A stretch of 64,000 nucleotides of DNA from assembly GCF_032191835.1 (NCBI RefSeq), contig NC_083233.1, positions 41,044,001 to 41,108,000 of the forward strand, read 5' to 3'. The translations under genes and the position numbers were made by a program. Below the pieces are notes generated by a model. The model ran no database searches and was not told where the DNA came from. It worked only from the letters and a program-made list of their open reading frames with translations. Each line of letters begins with the position of its first letter. Within the stretch, counting starts at the first letter, position 1. This DNA is from Heteronotia binoei (Eukaryota). Shown here one piece after another: positions 35,871 to 49,349 of the stretch.

Positions 35871-37149
35871 ATAATTAGGAGCATAACTTCTATTTGCTGC
35901 TAATGTATTTTGTTGCTCTACTGGAGTACAATAGTTGACAGCTAGAGATATGAAGGCCCAGAAAAATTCAGATAATAAAACTGGAGATGCTGGGGACTGA
36001 ACTGGGGATTTTCATTGTGCAAAGCATGATGGGATATCTAAGACAATGTTATGGAGGTGATCAATCTAAGATTGAAACTAAACCCAACTCTTGTTCTGCT
36101 ACGGCTGGCAGCTCTTCAGTATCTAATGCAGAGGTCTTTAATATCACCTGCTACCTGGAATCCTTTTACCTGTTGATGGCAGGGACCGGACCTGGAAACT
36201 TCTACATGCAAAACTTGTGTTCTACCACTGAGTCATGGCCTTACCCTGAGCATGCAATGACTTATTCCATTGCCTGTCTGCCTGTCCACCCACTGATTTG
36301 TTCTCAGATGATGGTCTTCTACTCCCCATTCTGCCAGCTCTCTACATAACCTTAGTTCAGAATCACAACACCCACATTGCTTTTAAAGCAGCATTTAATG
36401 CAATGCAATTCCGCAAGAAGGAATATGTCTAAGAAAGTTTAACTAGCCTAGTATATTGTCTATTTTTTTAAACTCTTGAATACAGTGTGACCTTGTGAAG
36501 TAAAATTATACAGTTTCCAATAGATTTATTTCTATTTTTCCCCATATTTTTATGGAAACCTCAAGGCTTTTATGAACCCTGTTGTGTTTAATTCTGTTTA
36601 AGCACTTGCATTCAGTGGCAAATAGATTGCTAGTGATTATGTACCAGCCATATTCCGTGCAAAACCTATGGGCAAATTATTAGCTTTTAAGGAAAATTAC
36701 CCACTTCTCATTGCTTTAAATAGTGAGAAGATTGTTTACAGTGCATGCTTTGTGTCACACAGTTAGGCATGACCAGGGCAGGATGGATAGCTGCAGCAAA
36801 TGCACTAGAATGCAAATCAAAGCAGGAGAACATAGAGCTTCCAAAAGCAGATGTTTTGATTTTTAGAAGATGGAAACCCTCTGAATCCCAATGGAAATTA
36901 TACCAGTTCAATAGAAACAAAAAATTCCTGGGGTCCTTCACCACAGAGATGGGTGAACTCCACTTGAATGAGTAAACAAATTGTAAATTATTAGAAGCAT
37001 CTTTGAACACATTAGAAAAGCCCTGGCTTTTTATTGAGTTCTAAATTGAATTTTGACTACTGTTCCTTAATGCATCCTTGTACTGTCACTTGGGAATTGT
37101 GATTCATGGGCAGGGGAAACCATTATGTCATTCAATATACAAAATACAA

Positions 37150-37440
37150 CATAGAATCATAGAATTGGAAGGGACTTCCAGGGTCATCTAGTCCAACCCC
37201 CAGCACAATGCAGGAAACACAAATGCCTTGCCACCACACCCCCAGTGACACCTACTCCATGCCCAGAAGATGGCAAAAAACACAAACAAACATCTCCAGG
37301 TTTCCTGGCAAAACTTGCCTGGAGAAAAATTGCTGCCAGAAACAAAGTGGTGAACAGCATTTCCATGGGTGTGTAAGAAAAGGTCATAAGAGCTTAGCAC
37401 TGATGCAACCCTTCTTGCCCTCCTTCTCATGATCTGTATC
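37150..37440 (-). mobile_element. Short element ending in classical CR1 (ATTCTATG)n tail
   Basis: CATAGAATCATAGAATTGGAAGGGAC...GTCATCTAGTCCAACCCC on the + strand. Confidence 0.6.
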
Positions 37441-38558
37441 ATGGCATCTTGTTCCAAGCATGGCTGTAGGTACATGTTAATATTATTTATAATATATCAA
37501 CCAACAACATGGATCTCTTGTGGATGAGCAGAATGATAGTGCAGATGCAGCAGCTCTGACAACGGTGATTGCAAAGAAGAAGCACTTGTCACTGTGACTC
37601 AGTTCTAGGACAGATTCAGCTGCCATCTATAATGCCCTTCCTCCAAGGAGCTCAAGGCAGCGTACAAGATTCTCACTTCATTGCCATGTCTTCACAACAC
37701 TGTGAATTAGGTTGGGCTGAGAGAGAGTGACTCATCCAAGAATACCCAGCAAGCTTCCTGAGAAAAGGGGATTTGAAGTGAACCTGAATCTCCCAGTCCC
37801 AGATTGTAGCTCCACCCAGGGCCTCTCTGAATGTTCAAGGTTCCTTCCAGTTTATGCTTCACAAGTGGAAGAAGAGCAGCCCATCTAAGTGCATGGATCC
37901 AAGTGCAAGGCAAGAGTCACAGGAGAAGGGTGTGACAGCCATGAAAGCAAATCAAATTTCAAATCAGTTGCTATGATTCAAGAAGAAATCAGTGGGTGAT
38001 TACAAACGGGCACTTTGGGTCAACTCAGAGATGCCTCTGAAGTCTACTCAAAAAATCTATGCAGACAGCAACATCTGCCAGCCATCCTCCTCCCATCCTC
38101 ACCCCATCCTCCAGCCTTCTTTGACCGGCTCAAAAAGCTACCACTTCCAAAGTGGTAGTAAATATTTGATCCGGCCATCAGTCGCCTGCCCACCATCTGG
38201 ATCGGGAAGAGCGCGAGCAAGGCGACATAGTGGTCTGGAGCTGCCAAGCCACCCCAAGCTGTTCTGTTTTTTTTAAAAAAAGGAATCCAATCAGAGTGCT
38301 GGTGTGCTTGTGAGCAGCAGCGCTTGCCCCACAAGAGGAAAAAAAGGGAATCTGGCTTCTAGGGTGCCTTCCCGTGTGGAGGCACCCAGTCTCCTCATGG
38401 ATGGGATGGGGCCGCATCGCCGGGGACCATCTGGAAGCTTCAGGATGGCTCTTTTTGAATTGTCCCAATTTGGGACACCTCCCAGCTGCCCCAGAATGTC
38501 CATCTGTTCTCAGCCAGTAAATGACTAAGAGATAGGAAGGAAATGAACAATTTACTAG

Positions 38559-38795
38559 TAGAAGGAGGAGGTTTTTATACCCTGCCCTTCACTACCCAAA
38601 GGAGTCTCAAAGTGGCTTACAATTGCCTCCCCTTCCTCTTCCCACATCAGGCACCCTGTGTGAGGTAGGTAAGGCTGAGACAGTTCTGAAAGAACTGTGA
38701 CTGGCTGAAAATCATCAAGATGGCTGCATGTGGAGGAGTGGGGAATCAAACCCAGTTCTCCAGATTAGAGTCTGCTGCCTTTAACCACTAAACCG
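38559..38795 (-). mobile_element. tRNA-derived SINE (Squam3-like)
   Basis: Reverse-complement homolog of 32649-32895. Confidence 0.75.
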
Positions 38796-40345
38796 AACAT
38801 GTTCTAGCAGTCACTAGCTATTTTAATAAATGATCATGGTGTAAATGAACATAACAGTAAAAATTAAATGTATGGGTCCTTCTGCTTGGTGCTAAAAGAA
38901 CTGAACCAAGAAAAAAAATAAAGGCGGCTAAACCACCAAGAGCACTAGATATGCTTTTCATTTATTTTTGTTCCTATGTGGTCAGTGTGGACAGTTTTCC
39001 TCTGTTTTTTTTCCCATGCTGGCATTTTTTTCTTTATGGATTTCTAACTCAATTCATATAGTCTTTATATGATCAATGTACATTGTTTCTGCATTTAATC
39101 GATGCCCACTGCAAAAACACTGATTTATTGATGCCTAAGTAACATGAAAAATGCATCCCTTTTACAGGAAAAATCTGGCATAAGAGAACAGGAAACAGTA
39201 CAAAATAATGACTTGTGGGTTAGATTTGCACAATGGTGAAGCAGAATTGCAAAAAGAGATATTCAAACTGAACTATATGAAATATTATGGCATCTGTACA
39301 TTAAACTGATTTCAGAAATGATGAGAACCAATGGGGGAAATAACCTGATGATTCTGATTCAAGAGAACAGAGAACAAGGGCAAATAAACAATCTCTCTCT
39401 TTTTAGTATACTGGAATCTGCATTTTAAGTCAACATCATATTAAAACATTTTGAACCAGGCATTATTAAAGTACTATTAATCTGCTTTCAAGAACAATTT
39501 GTTTTTTTCCCAAGGAAAAACATGCACAATATCTTCCCCATTTGAAATGAATGTAATGTCCCTGTTTTAAAATTGTCATGAATACAATATTGCATTCATG
39601 ATGTTTTTAAAGCAAGGACATAAAAATATATAAAAGAGTTTTGTAACAAGCAGGAAGTAAAAAGCAGCTCTGGAATGTAACCGTGATGTCAGATATTTGA
39701 AAAGAGGTATCCTTCGTCAATCCCTTTTGAACGGACTGCTTTCCAGGACAAAATGTTAATTTTAAACATCACTAATCTCTTTTCTTTCTCTCTCCTATCT
39801 ACCATCTCAATGTGGATTCCTGTTGTATATTATTTGTCATTTCAGACTGGCAGCATAAACAAGACCAAGAGGGGATATTAGAACTGTTTCCCTTAATATA
39901 ATTTACAGTGATCCTTTTAAACTCAATTACTTCAGGGGACCAAGAAGGGTCTAACTCTGCTTAGGGAATAACACTGTTTGTCACTGAACTCTTATGCCAT
40001 CCTTCCTTCAAAAGAGATTTGAAGTTCCCCTTTTGTTAAGTAGTGGGTTCAGATGCTAGAGGGATTTCAGCATAGCTCTTTATTTAGCGAGAAGAGAACA
40101 CACTCTGAAAATACATGTAGCAAGCTACAACTATATCCACAGAAACTCCACCAAAACACACCCCCAGCAATAAACAGTCCAATAGAAAAACAGACATTTG
40201 GATCCTTTATTTGCATGGGCTTCATTCAAATGGATATTTCCTGATTGGCTGGCTCCACAAGAGTGGCCAATCTGAGAGCAGCTGCCAGAAGCCTTTCAAA
40301 CAAAGGGTCTTTGCTTGAAGCTCCTGATGCACTACACCTTTCATC

Positions 40346-41063
40346 TTTATTTATTTATTTATTTATTATTTATTTATTTATTACATTTGATTTATATCCC
40401 GCCCTCTCCGCAAGCGGACTCAGGGCGGCTCACAGTATCTACACAATTAAACCAGTACATATATAAAACCATAATTTAACATTTCAGTTTAAAAAACATA
40501 TTACAATTAAAAATTATTAAAACCATTTTAAAGTGCTGAATCCCTACATTATAGCGGCATTAGAATTCCAAACAGTGATCACCGGCGTTCTGTGTGATGT
40601 CCGGTGGCAGCCATCTTCGTCAAGCATTGAAGGCCTGCTTGAACAACTCAGTCTTACAGGCCCTGCGGAACGCAGACAGATCCCGCAGCACCCGTATGGC
40701 TTCTGGAAGAGCATTCCAGAGCTCTGGTGCTGCCACCGAAAAAGCCCTAGATCTTGTCACACATAGCCTGGCTTCTTTTGGTCCGGGGACCGAGAGTAGG
40801 TTTTTTGCCCGTGAACGCAGTGCTCTCTGGGGGATATGCGGAGAAAGGCGGTCCCGTAGATATGCAGGTCCCTGACCATAAAGGGCTTTAAAGGTCAATA
40901 CCAACACCTTGAAACGAACTCGGAACACAACAGGTAGCCAGTGCAGCTCTTTCAGCACTGGCTGAATGTACTCCCATCGTGGCAACCTCATCAGCAGCCG
41001 TGCCGCAGCATTCTGCACTAGCTGTAGTCTCCGGGTTTGCGTCAAGGGTAGCCCCATGTAGAG
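40346..41063 (-). mobile_element. L2 LINE 3' fragment
   Basis: LYMGLPLTQTRRLQLVQNAAARLL...RAFSVAAP; (TAAA)n tail. Confidence 0.9.
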
Positions 41064-41544
41064 AGCTGTTGCTTCCAAGGCCCATGATAGCTGTTGCTTC
41101 CAAGGCCCTCCTAAACAGAGTTACACCCTTCTAAATCTATTGAAGACGATGTGTTTGGAAGACCATAACTGATTAGGATTGCACTGTTAGTGGGGCAGCA
41201 AGAGGGAATGACTGGTTCAAGACTTCTCATTGAGCCGCATCACAGATGAGCAGACAGTTGCTCTCAAATTTCAGTGCTCCTACTTGACATGCTACTGAAA
41301 TGACCATAAAAGAAGATATGAAAAGACATGCTGGATAAAGCTAGTGATCCTTGTAGTTCATCATTCTCTTTCCCACTGTGTGTAACCAAATGTTTCTGGC
41401 ATGTTTACAAGTAAGGCGAGGAGGCCAAGTCTCCTCGCACCCCAGCAAGTGATATTTAAAAATATGAAGTTTCAGAAAATGGCCTTTCAGGTTAGGCACT
41501 ATGGTTCATAGCCATTGACAGGCCAAGCCTTCATGACTTTCAAT

Positions 41545-41620
41545 GCCATCCCAAACAAAATTACACCCTTCTAATCCACAAACTTCAATGAATTTGTAAG
41601 GGTGCAACTGTGCTTAGGAT
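41545..41620. repeat. ~80-bp hairpin repeat (TTACACCCTTCTAA...AAGGGTGCAAC), degenerate
   Basis: Self-complementary arms; related copies at about 41105-41190 and 33770-33800. Confidence 0.5.
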
Positions 41621-41662
41621 ACCACCCTTTGTATACCCTTAAAGTCATCTAATCTGGTAGCA

Positions 41663-41862
41663 CCCTGATCTGGATGGCCCAGGCTAACCCAATCTCATCA
41701 GATGACAGAAGTGAAGCAGCATTGGCCCTAGTTAGTATTTGGATGGGAGGCCACCAAGGAATGCAGAGGAAGGCAATTGCAAACCACCTTTGTCATTCTC
41801 TTTCCCTGAAGCCCTATAGGGTTGACATAAATCATGTGATTTGGCTGCACTTCACACACACA
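41663..41862 (+). mobile_element. 5S rRNA-derived SINE (5S-Sauria-like)
   Basis: CCCAATCTCATCAGATGACAGAAG...TAGTTAGTATTTGGATGGGAGGCC (5S), GGAAGGCAATTGCAAACCACC (Sauria core), CA-rich tail. Confidence 0.7.
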
Positions 41863-42839
41863 CAGGCCCGGTGTGTGGGTTTCTGCCACCCAAAGCAGAA
41901 CCCCAACACACACACCCCAACCTGTGATTTTTTTGTGCGCGCAAAGCATGCACACGTGTGGGGAGGGCATAACGACATCCCCCAGAGGTGACGTCATCAC
42001 GCCAGGCACTCAGTGCATCCCCTCCCCAGCATTCGCCGAGTTTGGCAGACAGGATTCCACAGCGGGGAAGAGGGCTGGGCAAGAGTGGGCCAAGCAGGAA
42101 TGCTTGGCCTGCCCTTGCCCAGCCCTCTCCTTCTTCAGAGGGAGTTGGCTGGGCTGCGGGCAGCAGCCGTGTCTTTCTTCCTTTGCTGGGAATGGGGATG
42201 GAGAAGGGGGGCCTGCCCCTACCCTGTGGCGAGGTGATAAGTAAAAGAAATAATACTTGGTGGCTGGAGCAACCATAACTATGTTCCAAATAACTATGCA
42301 ACCCCTCTGTCCCTCCCCCCCCCCCCCACAAATACAGGCTGCTGTAGAGAAAAAAATGGGCTGTACATTTTTTAAAAATAAAGTAAAAACAGACATATGC
42401 TGAAGGCGAAAAAGAGATTTCAGTTATATGTCAGGGCAGTAGGAAGCACCTGTGGCAGTGAACCCTGGAATGTGATTTGAGGTGTTATAAACGAGTTCCT
42501 ATTTCCATCTGTACATGTTGGGGGGTGGGGTGGGGTAGAGGGTTGGATCTATTGGAAGAGTTCACAGAAGTTCACACCAATTTAATCTGGTTCAAAAGCT
42601 TTCTGGAATAAAAATGTGTTCCATTTACCTTAGAAGTCATGTAAGAATTGTACGAATCTCACTTCCTGGAGGAGGAAATTCCAGTTTGAAGTGACTATAG
42701 AAGTTAATAGATAAATATTATTTTATGTTAATTCATGAGAGATTGAAAATTTTGCATAATTACTTTATTGATTTTAATATGTGTTTATTTTAAGCCACTG
42801 TTGTGACTTTCTTTAGCTGAATAAACACTTAATCTAAGC

Positions 42840-43187
42840 CAGAGGTCTCCAAACGTTCTGATCCTGTGGCACCTCTGGAATTCTGATGCAGGGTGGTGTC
42901 CACAAGCATCAAATGGCTGCCATAGGAAGTGGCACCAGTCACAAAATGACCCCTACAGGAGACAGAACTATAAACAGAGGAAGCTCAAAGAAGCAGGGAA
43001 TAAGAGCAGTCATGCTAACAAATCCACTAGGAAACAGTGTTATTTTAACATGCCCAGCCAATCAGGAGTCTTGACTGGCAGGAGCCCCATCTGGCCCCAC
43101 CTATTTTCTAAAAAAACACTTTGCAGGCATCAGGAAAAGTACTGGCATGCACCATGGCACCTATGGGCACCAAGCTGAGGACCTCTG
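42840..43187. mobile_element. hAT Charlie-type MITE (348 bp)
   Basis: TIRs CAGAGGTCTCC / GAGGACCTCTG; perfect 8-bp TSD ATCTAAGC. Confidence 0.85.
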
Positions 43188-44094
43188 ATCTAAGCAGTAA
43201 TGAGTTTTACTAGCAGGGTCATGCTACCTTTTGAAGCTATTGAGCCATAACCCCAAAAGAAAGCAGCCCATGGGATGAGAAACAGAAAGATTTCACAAGG
43301 CTTGGAGGACAGATATCCCTATGGGGAGATGTGCAGAAGTGTTCAGACTTCACAAGAATGCTGGTTCATGTCAAATATCTTTTTTTAATAAAATAAAATA
43401 AAAAAATGCTTCTTTATTGTGCAGAAACAAGCCTTCATTTTTATGTCATTTTCTGTTTCTCATGCGGAGTTTTTCTTGTAACATAAGCACATTTTCCAAC
43501 AAGATTTGTACATCAGTAAATCAGCATTATTTGTAGACTAGTCTAAGTCTTGACTAAGTGGCTTTGTTATGAGAGACTTCTTCACCAATTGTATATCTTT
43601 TGTTGGGGTGTGGGTTTGTTGAAATTCTCTTGAATATTTAGGAACTTGTACTGGATGTATGTGTTAGGAACTCCTGAGCCTGACTTAAGGCTCCAGGAAA
43701 AATGAGTTGAAAACCTCATTCCAAGTTTGGAATGAGATAATGAGACATCTGTAGTATCACTCTGTAATGTATTCTGTAATGTACCAATCTTGTAAAGCAT
43801 AAAGCATATTATGCATGCAGATTTTAATTAAAAGAAAAAGTGACTGCAGTCTTGCTACCTGAGAATATTAACTTTGTGCTAAGGTTGATGGCTGTCAACT
43901 GTCTCCTTCATGGGCTGACATCAAAATCTATTCAAATTTAATCATGATATTTTAAAAGAACCATCAGATTTCTTGGTATAGCATATGATTCATACAACAA
44001 AAATGGTTGGAGGGGAGAAACAAGTCTGGTGTGAAGTCTCCACTGAATTTAATCTACTTATAATATTAGAAATCATAGCCCCTTAAGGCAGTTT

Positions 44095-47000
44095 ATAGGT
44101 AAACTAGTTCTTGCAAATGGTTTCTGAAAATGCAGGCAAGGCATGGTTTATTAATAGCATATGTGTACAATGATCTTTGTGAATAGTATATGCGCAACTC
44201 ATTAATAACACTGGTGTAAAACCATGACCCAAAGTAGGCCAATAACAGGTTGAAACTATGTGCACAAACCAGCTTGTCTTGCATGGTTTCCCTCAAGGAA
44301 TGCTAGGATTGATAACTTTAGGAGAGCACTTAGAGTTTCACATCTTCTGGCTGTGCTGCTTGCAGTGACAGCCAGCCAGCAGGGATAGATGCAAGCAGGC
44401 AAACAAGAGGCAGGGCAGGCAGGAGTCCAAGCAGGCCAGCAGGAGTAAAGATAGGCAGGAGTCAAGGTATTAAGGTAAGTAGGCATCAAGTAGGCAAGAG
44501 GCAATGCAATTGTAATGAGCCTTATGGAAGCTGTTGAACCAGAAAAGCTTCCACACTTCTGCAGTCTCATATAAGAGGCTGGGATCCCTGCCCTTTCTGA
44601 TAACCTGGTTAAAGACCCAGCTCCTATCAATAGCTATCACATCTAATTTCCTTCCTGGGAAAGACTGGATAGAGGCAGACCCCACGCTGCTCTTTGCATG
44701 TTCCTTCATTGAGTCTTTGTCTCCATACTAGTCCTTCCTTCCTTTCTGATGCTGGTGCTCTGAGGAAGATTCTGTGAGTAGAGGTCCTTGGGGGACTCCT
44801 GCAGTGGTTCCAGGTCACTAGAAAGAGATGATGGAGTTCAGGGGTTCTCAGGTGGTTCCTGGATTATTTACTGTCTCAGGATGGAGAACAGAAATGGTTG
44901 CTGGGTAAGGATCACTGGGTCTGCCTTCAGGTGTGTTCAGAGTGATTGCTTCTTTAAGGTGTCAGGGCCTAAGAGGGATGCCTCATTATCTAAAGAGTCT
45001 GCCCCAGTGAAACTGGGGAAAGCCATGATGCTGGCATTTTTTCCCATTAGATCAATGAGGAAGTAACTCACTACAGCAGTACAGAGGACAAGTAACACAG
45101 TCTTTAAGAGGGGGTCCCCTAAGGAAGGGGGTCCCAAACTTGTGCTTGTGAACACTACTAGAAATTTGAGAAGGAGAGTAGGTGGTATCACAAAATGGTT
45201 GTCATGGGATGTAGAATCAATTGCAAAATTGCTCTCATGGGGACTGGGGCCAAGCACAAAACTTTGGAAAGTTCCAAGTCCACAATGATGAAGACAGCTA
45301 TTTAGGAATGGGGACTTCCTACAGACCCCAAAATGATGCTTTCTGAGATCTTATAAAGCATTTTTTGCTCTAGTGGAGGAAAGCCAGGACAGGTTCTTTG
45401 CTCTGGGAAAGATGTAAGTGGGTCTTAGGAAACACATCTATGGTCATCATGGCATCCTTGGGCACCATAATTAAAGAACAGTACATCTTAGTATAGGGTT
45501 CCAGGCATCTTGGACTTGAAACTCTAATGGTGGGAACTAGTATCCTCACTCTGTTCTCTACCAAGACTATTGTCAGGGGAGACAGCTGCTGGCCAGCTGT
45601 CTTCTGCCCTTCAGCATTACCACTGCAGTGCTGTATCATCCAGGTGTGGTTAAAATAATAATTAAAAAATCTTCATAAAGAAAATGTTGTTTTCAAAATA
45701 CAAAAAGCATGAAATGTTCCAAATTTTAGATTACATGTGCTGTAACAACAGTGGTTGAATGCATGTGCTCCATAACTGTGAAGCCTTTACTGCTGGGAAG
45801 GCAATGGCAAATCACCCCGTAAAAAGTCTGCCATGAAAACGTGAAAGCAACGTCACCCCAGAGTCGAAAATGACTGGTGCTTGCACAGGGGACTACCTTT
45901 ACCTTTACCTTAGTGGTGATTTACTTTATTATATAACCTCACCACCTGTGAACCAGTTAGTTCATGTGGTAAAATATATACATTGGGACTTTGAAGACCA
46001 GAGGACTTGACCATCAGTAGGGATTTGATAAGGCCATGAAGAGAATCAATGCAGAGTTCTCCAAAATAAATCTAGAAGCCAATTGGATCAAGGCCTCCAG
46101 TGGTAAAACATTTTAACCAGACCTCTGCCTTGACAAAGGGAGATGTCCACCATCCATAACCTTAGAATGAAATAGTCACTTACCAGAGGAATAGTGAAGA
46201 AGCAAACATATTCATAACACTTTTCCTAAATAGAGAAGAAAGAAAATGAAATGCTAACTCTTGAGAGATCTCCTTTTCTCTAGGGCATGAAACATAACTT
46301 CTTTTGTTTTGCTTAATGCTTATCATTAATGTATGTTAACATGTGGCAGGGTGTTATAAATTCAATTAAATGTTAATGCAAGCATCTGCTTGCTTCACTT
46401 ACTTAGTGAGAGCATTATATTTTAACAGCAACAGGAAGAGCATTTCTCTCCTTGGAAACAGCCCCAAGGAGGACGGCAGGTACTGACTGGAAAGCATCTG
46501 TTCTACTGGACACCAGGCAGCTTGAAAGCACTCAGAATTATTTGGCACTTTAAAAGGATTGGATCAAAATGGTTGCCATCAAAGATGCAACAATGGAGAG
46601 AGCCCAGAATACCAAGAGCTATTTATAGTACAAAACAATGACACTTGCAAAGAGGATGTGATGTGCATTGTAATTGTTAAGGAAACAGTGGAAAGCAGGA
46701 GGGAACAGAAATATGTGAATCTTAGGGCAAGCCGTAGTACTCTGTAGTGGACCTGCAAGACCAAAGTTTGGGTCCCCCCCCCCTCCCTTCTTGGAAAAGC
46801 TGCTATCAAAAAGAAATGTAAAAAGATATAAGGATCCTTGGGGTTATGCGTCCTACTGAAGGGAGGGGGGAGAATGAAAGCAGTTGTAAAGAGGCCAAGG
46901 TTCAGAAATGTTTTGCAGCTTATTTGAAACATTACCTGACCTTCTGCAGACTGGGTCCAAATTTTGAAGAGACTGCTGGATTCTCAATTGCACTGATTTG

Positions 47001-47150
47001 AATATAAGCATCATTCACATCAATTTTGGGAAAAGATCTCTTTCCATAAAATGGTAGTAAGGACATCCTCAGGAAGTCCCACAGACCTATCATCCATGGC
47101 CTGGCAAATGGTGCACCACAAACTCTTATCTGACTCATCTGATCCCATCA
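44095..47150 (-). mobile_element. Ancient Gypsy remnant (RT, RNase H and integrase traces, PPT, 3' LTR)
   Basis: Minus strand: FPKIDVNDAYIQI (RT-like, ~47040), TDA..SVPAVLL (RH-like, ~46480), VFIIVDLELSK (IN-like, ~45280), purine tract then TGTGAT at 44641, TATA-like and AATAAA within the putative LTR. Motifs are weak individually. Confidence 0.45.
45793..45911 (+). mobile_element. Sauria SINE (Squam1) 3' part
   Basis: GGGAAGGCAATGGCAAATCACC...TGGTGCTTGCACAGGGGACT(ACCTTT)n. Confidence 0.8.
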
Positions 47151-47173
47151 AGAAACAGGAGACTACTGTAGAG

Positions 47174-48189
47174 CAGAGTTTCCCCACATGGGGGTTAGGC
47201 CCTTAAAGTAGGTCTCAAAGCATCTGAAAGTGGGTTGCAGGCCAGGTCTCTCTAATTATTGCTTCTGCCCTTTCCATCCTTCTCTTTCTTTCCTCCTTCA
47301 TCAACTTCTTACATGCTCATCTCTTCCTCTATGAGAATAATGAGGAGGAAAAAAGCCCTCTGACAACTAAGATCTTCAGTGTGGTAACTGAAAGAAGGAG
47401 GGGAGACTGGAGAATATGTGGGAGCTGTTCAGCATGGCATAGAAAAATCAGAGGACAGAAAGAGGCACGTGCATTGATGGGCTCTGCCATGGTGCTATTC
47501 CTTCAGCAGTCCAACCTCTTGCCCAGCCCCCTGTATTGCTTCACTGTCCTCTTACTGCTGTGAAAGATGTGATGTATCTATTCCCCTTGCCACCAACCTC
47601 TTCACTACTACTGGCCATCTTTGAGCGTTTTCACACTGACCTTACTCGGGAGCGACGTCCCTCTTCACCGCGCAGCGTCTGCACGGATTTCGCACTAATT
47701 GCTCCGCAGAACCCGGAAGAGCCGCAAAATCCCGCGGCTTTTGCGTCGCAAATGTAAACTGGCCAAAAACCAGTTTACATTTGCGACACAAAAGCTGTGG
47801 GACTTTGCGGCTCTTCCGGGTTCTGCGGAGCAATTAGTGCGAAATCCGTGCAGACGCTGCGCGGTGAAGAGGGACGTCGCTCCTGAGTAAGGTCAGTGCG
47901 AAAACGCCCTTCATGTATCTCCTCAACCCAGCACCTCATAAGTGTACCTCCTCAGACTCCAGCTCTGGCCCGGGGGAGAAAGATATCAGGGTTTATTGTG
48001 GGGCAGCTAGATCCTTTGTGATGTTTGTTGGTTTCTCAAAAACATCTGGTTGAACTGGAATAGATAGACCTAGGACAGCAAAAAACAAACAAAAAACCCT
48101 TAGCCCAGCTTTGGATGGGCTGCCATACAAAGTAAATTTGACCATATGGGTCACGATTCAAAAAGAAAAGAAAAGATTGAGAACCACTA
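47174..48189. mobile_element. Old non-autonomous hAT element hosting the palindromic MITE
   Basis: Degenerate TIRs CAGAGTTTCCCCA / TGAGAACCACTA; TSD-like CTGTAGAG/CTCCAGAG (6/8). Confidence 0.5.
47623..47909. mobile_element. 287-bp foldback MITE (PIF/Harbinger-like)
   Basis: 140-bp arms with 7 mismatches and a 7-nt loop CCAAAAA; termini GAGCGTTTTCACAC / GTGCGAAAACGCCC. The palindrome is certain; the family assignment is inferred. Confidence 0.8.
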
Positions 48190-48510
48190 CTCCAGAGGAT
48201 CCTATGACATTTCTATGATCTTAGAGGGCAGTCTCCCATTTGCTATGGGAAGGGTTCTAAACTGGAGGCAGAGGATCACAACTGTTTTGAAATCTCTCTA
48301 GCACCATCATCATCAACAACCAAAATGTACTCATTTGCCACTAATTGCTGAATTAAACTCCTGTGCTAGCAACTGAATGAATGTGCAGAATGACTCTTTC
48401 ACACTTTTCTAAGACCCATCAACTTTGGGGGAGTTACAAAAAGCCATTTCTGCTCCCTTCTCTCTAGATGTATGACCACCACATGGAAAATGGTATGACC
48501 TCTTTCCAAG

Positions 48511-48712
48511 TAAGGTTGCCCACTCTAGCTTGGGAGATTCCTGGAGATCTGGTGATGGAGTCTGGGGAAGGTAGAGGTTGGGAAGGAAAGGGATGTGATT
48601 CCACAGAGCACCCACTCCTGTCATTTCTTCTAGAGGAACTGTTTCCCACAGTTTGGAGTTCAGTTGTAATTCTGGGAGAACTCCAGGCCCTTCCAGAATG
48701 ATGGCCATCTTA
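48511..48712. mobile_element. hAT Blackjack-type MITE (~205 bp family), degenerate
   Basis: TAAGGTTGCCC...TGGCCATCTTA; body matches 31925 and 59929. Confidence 0.6.
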
Positions 48713-49057
48713 TTTCTGGTCAGCTTCCTGTTATATTTGACACTGTTGTACACTGATCCTAAATCATGGTGGGAGGGCTGCTGCTTGAGGTATGTTTTTC
48801 CAATCAACCCAGGGCCCAATGGCCAGTTTTTGGCAACATCTTACCACTGCAACTAGGCAACAAGACAGTCTTGTATAAACATCAACTATATATTGGATAT
48901 GGTGCACATAGATCTTTGGGTACTATAAATGACCTCCTATTCTGTTATTCCAGCAAGCAGGAAACTCAGAATCCTGGAAAAAATATTTATTATATTAATC
49001 TTATGAATCACCCAATCCCTACTACTGCAGAGCTCTGGGCAATATAAAACACAATAT

Positions 49058-49349
49058 AAAAAGTAAAGGTAGTCCCCTGTGCAAGCACCAGCCATTTCCA
49101 ACTCTGGGGTGACGTTTTCACGTTTTCACAGCAGACTTTTTATGGGGTGGTTTGCCATTGCCTTCCCCAGTCATCTACACTTTCCCCCCAGCAAGCTGGG
49201 TCCTCATTTTACCGACCTCAGAAGGATGGAAGGCTGAATCAACCTGGAGTCGGCTACCTCAACCAGCTTCCACTGGGATCAAACTCAGGTTGTGAGGAGA
49301 GGGCTCCGACTGCAATAGTGCAGCTTTATCACTTTGCGCAATGGGGCTC
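49058..49349 (-). mobile_element. Sauria SINE (Squam1), full-length
   Basis: AAAGGTAGTCCCCTGTGCAAGCACCAG tail end, GGTTTGCCATTGCCTTCCCC core, tRNA-like head. Confidence 0.85.

Noticed and set aside
36850-36980. Possible coding exon (EDGNPLNPNGNYTSS...)
   Set aside because: No recognisable protein family, a weak donor and an in-frame stop shortly after.
47623-47909. CRISPR array or protein-coding mirror ORFs (47642-47833 and 47699-47890)
   Set aside because: It is a single palindrome with no repeat-spacer units; the twin ORFs are a by-product of the symmetry.
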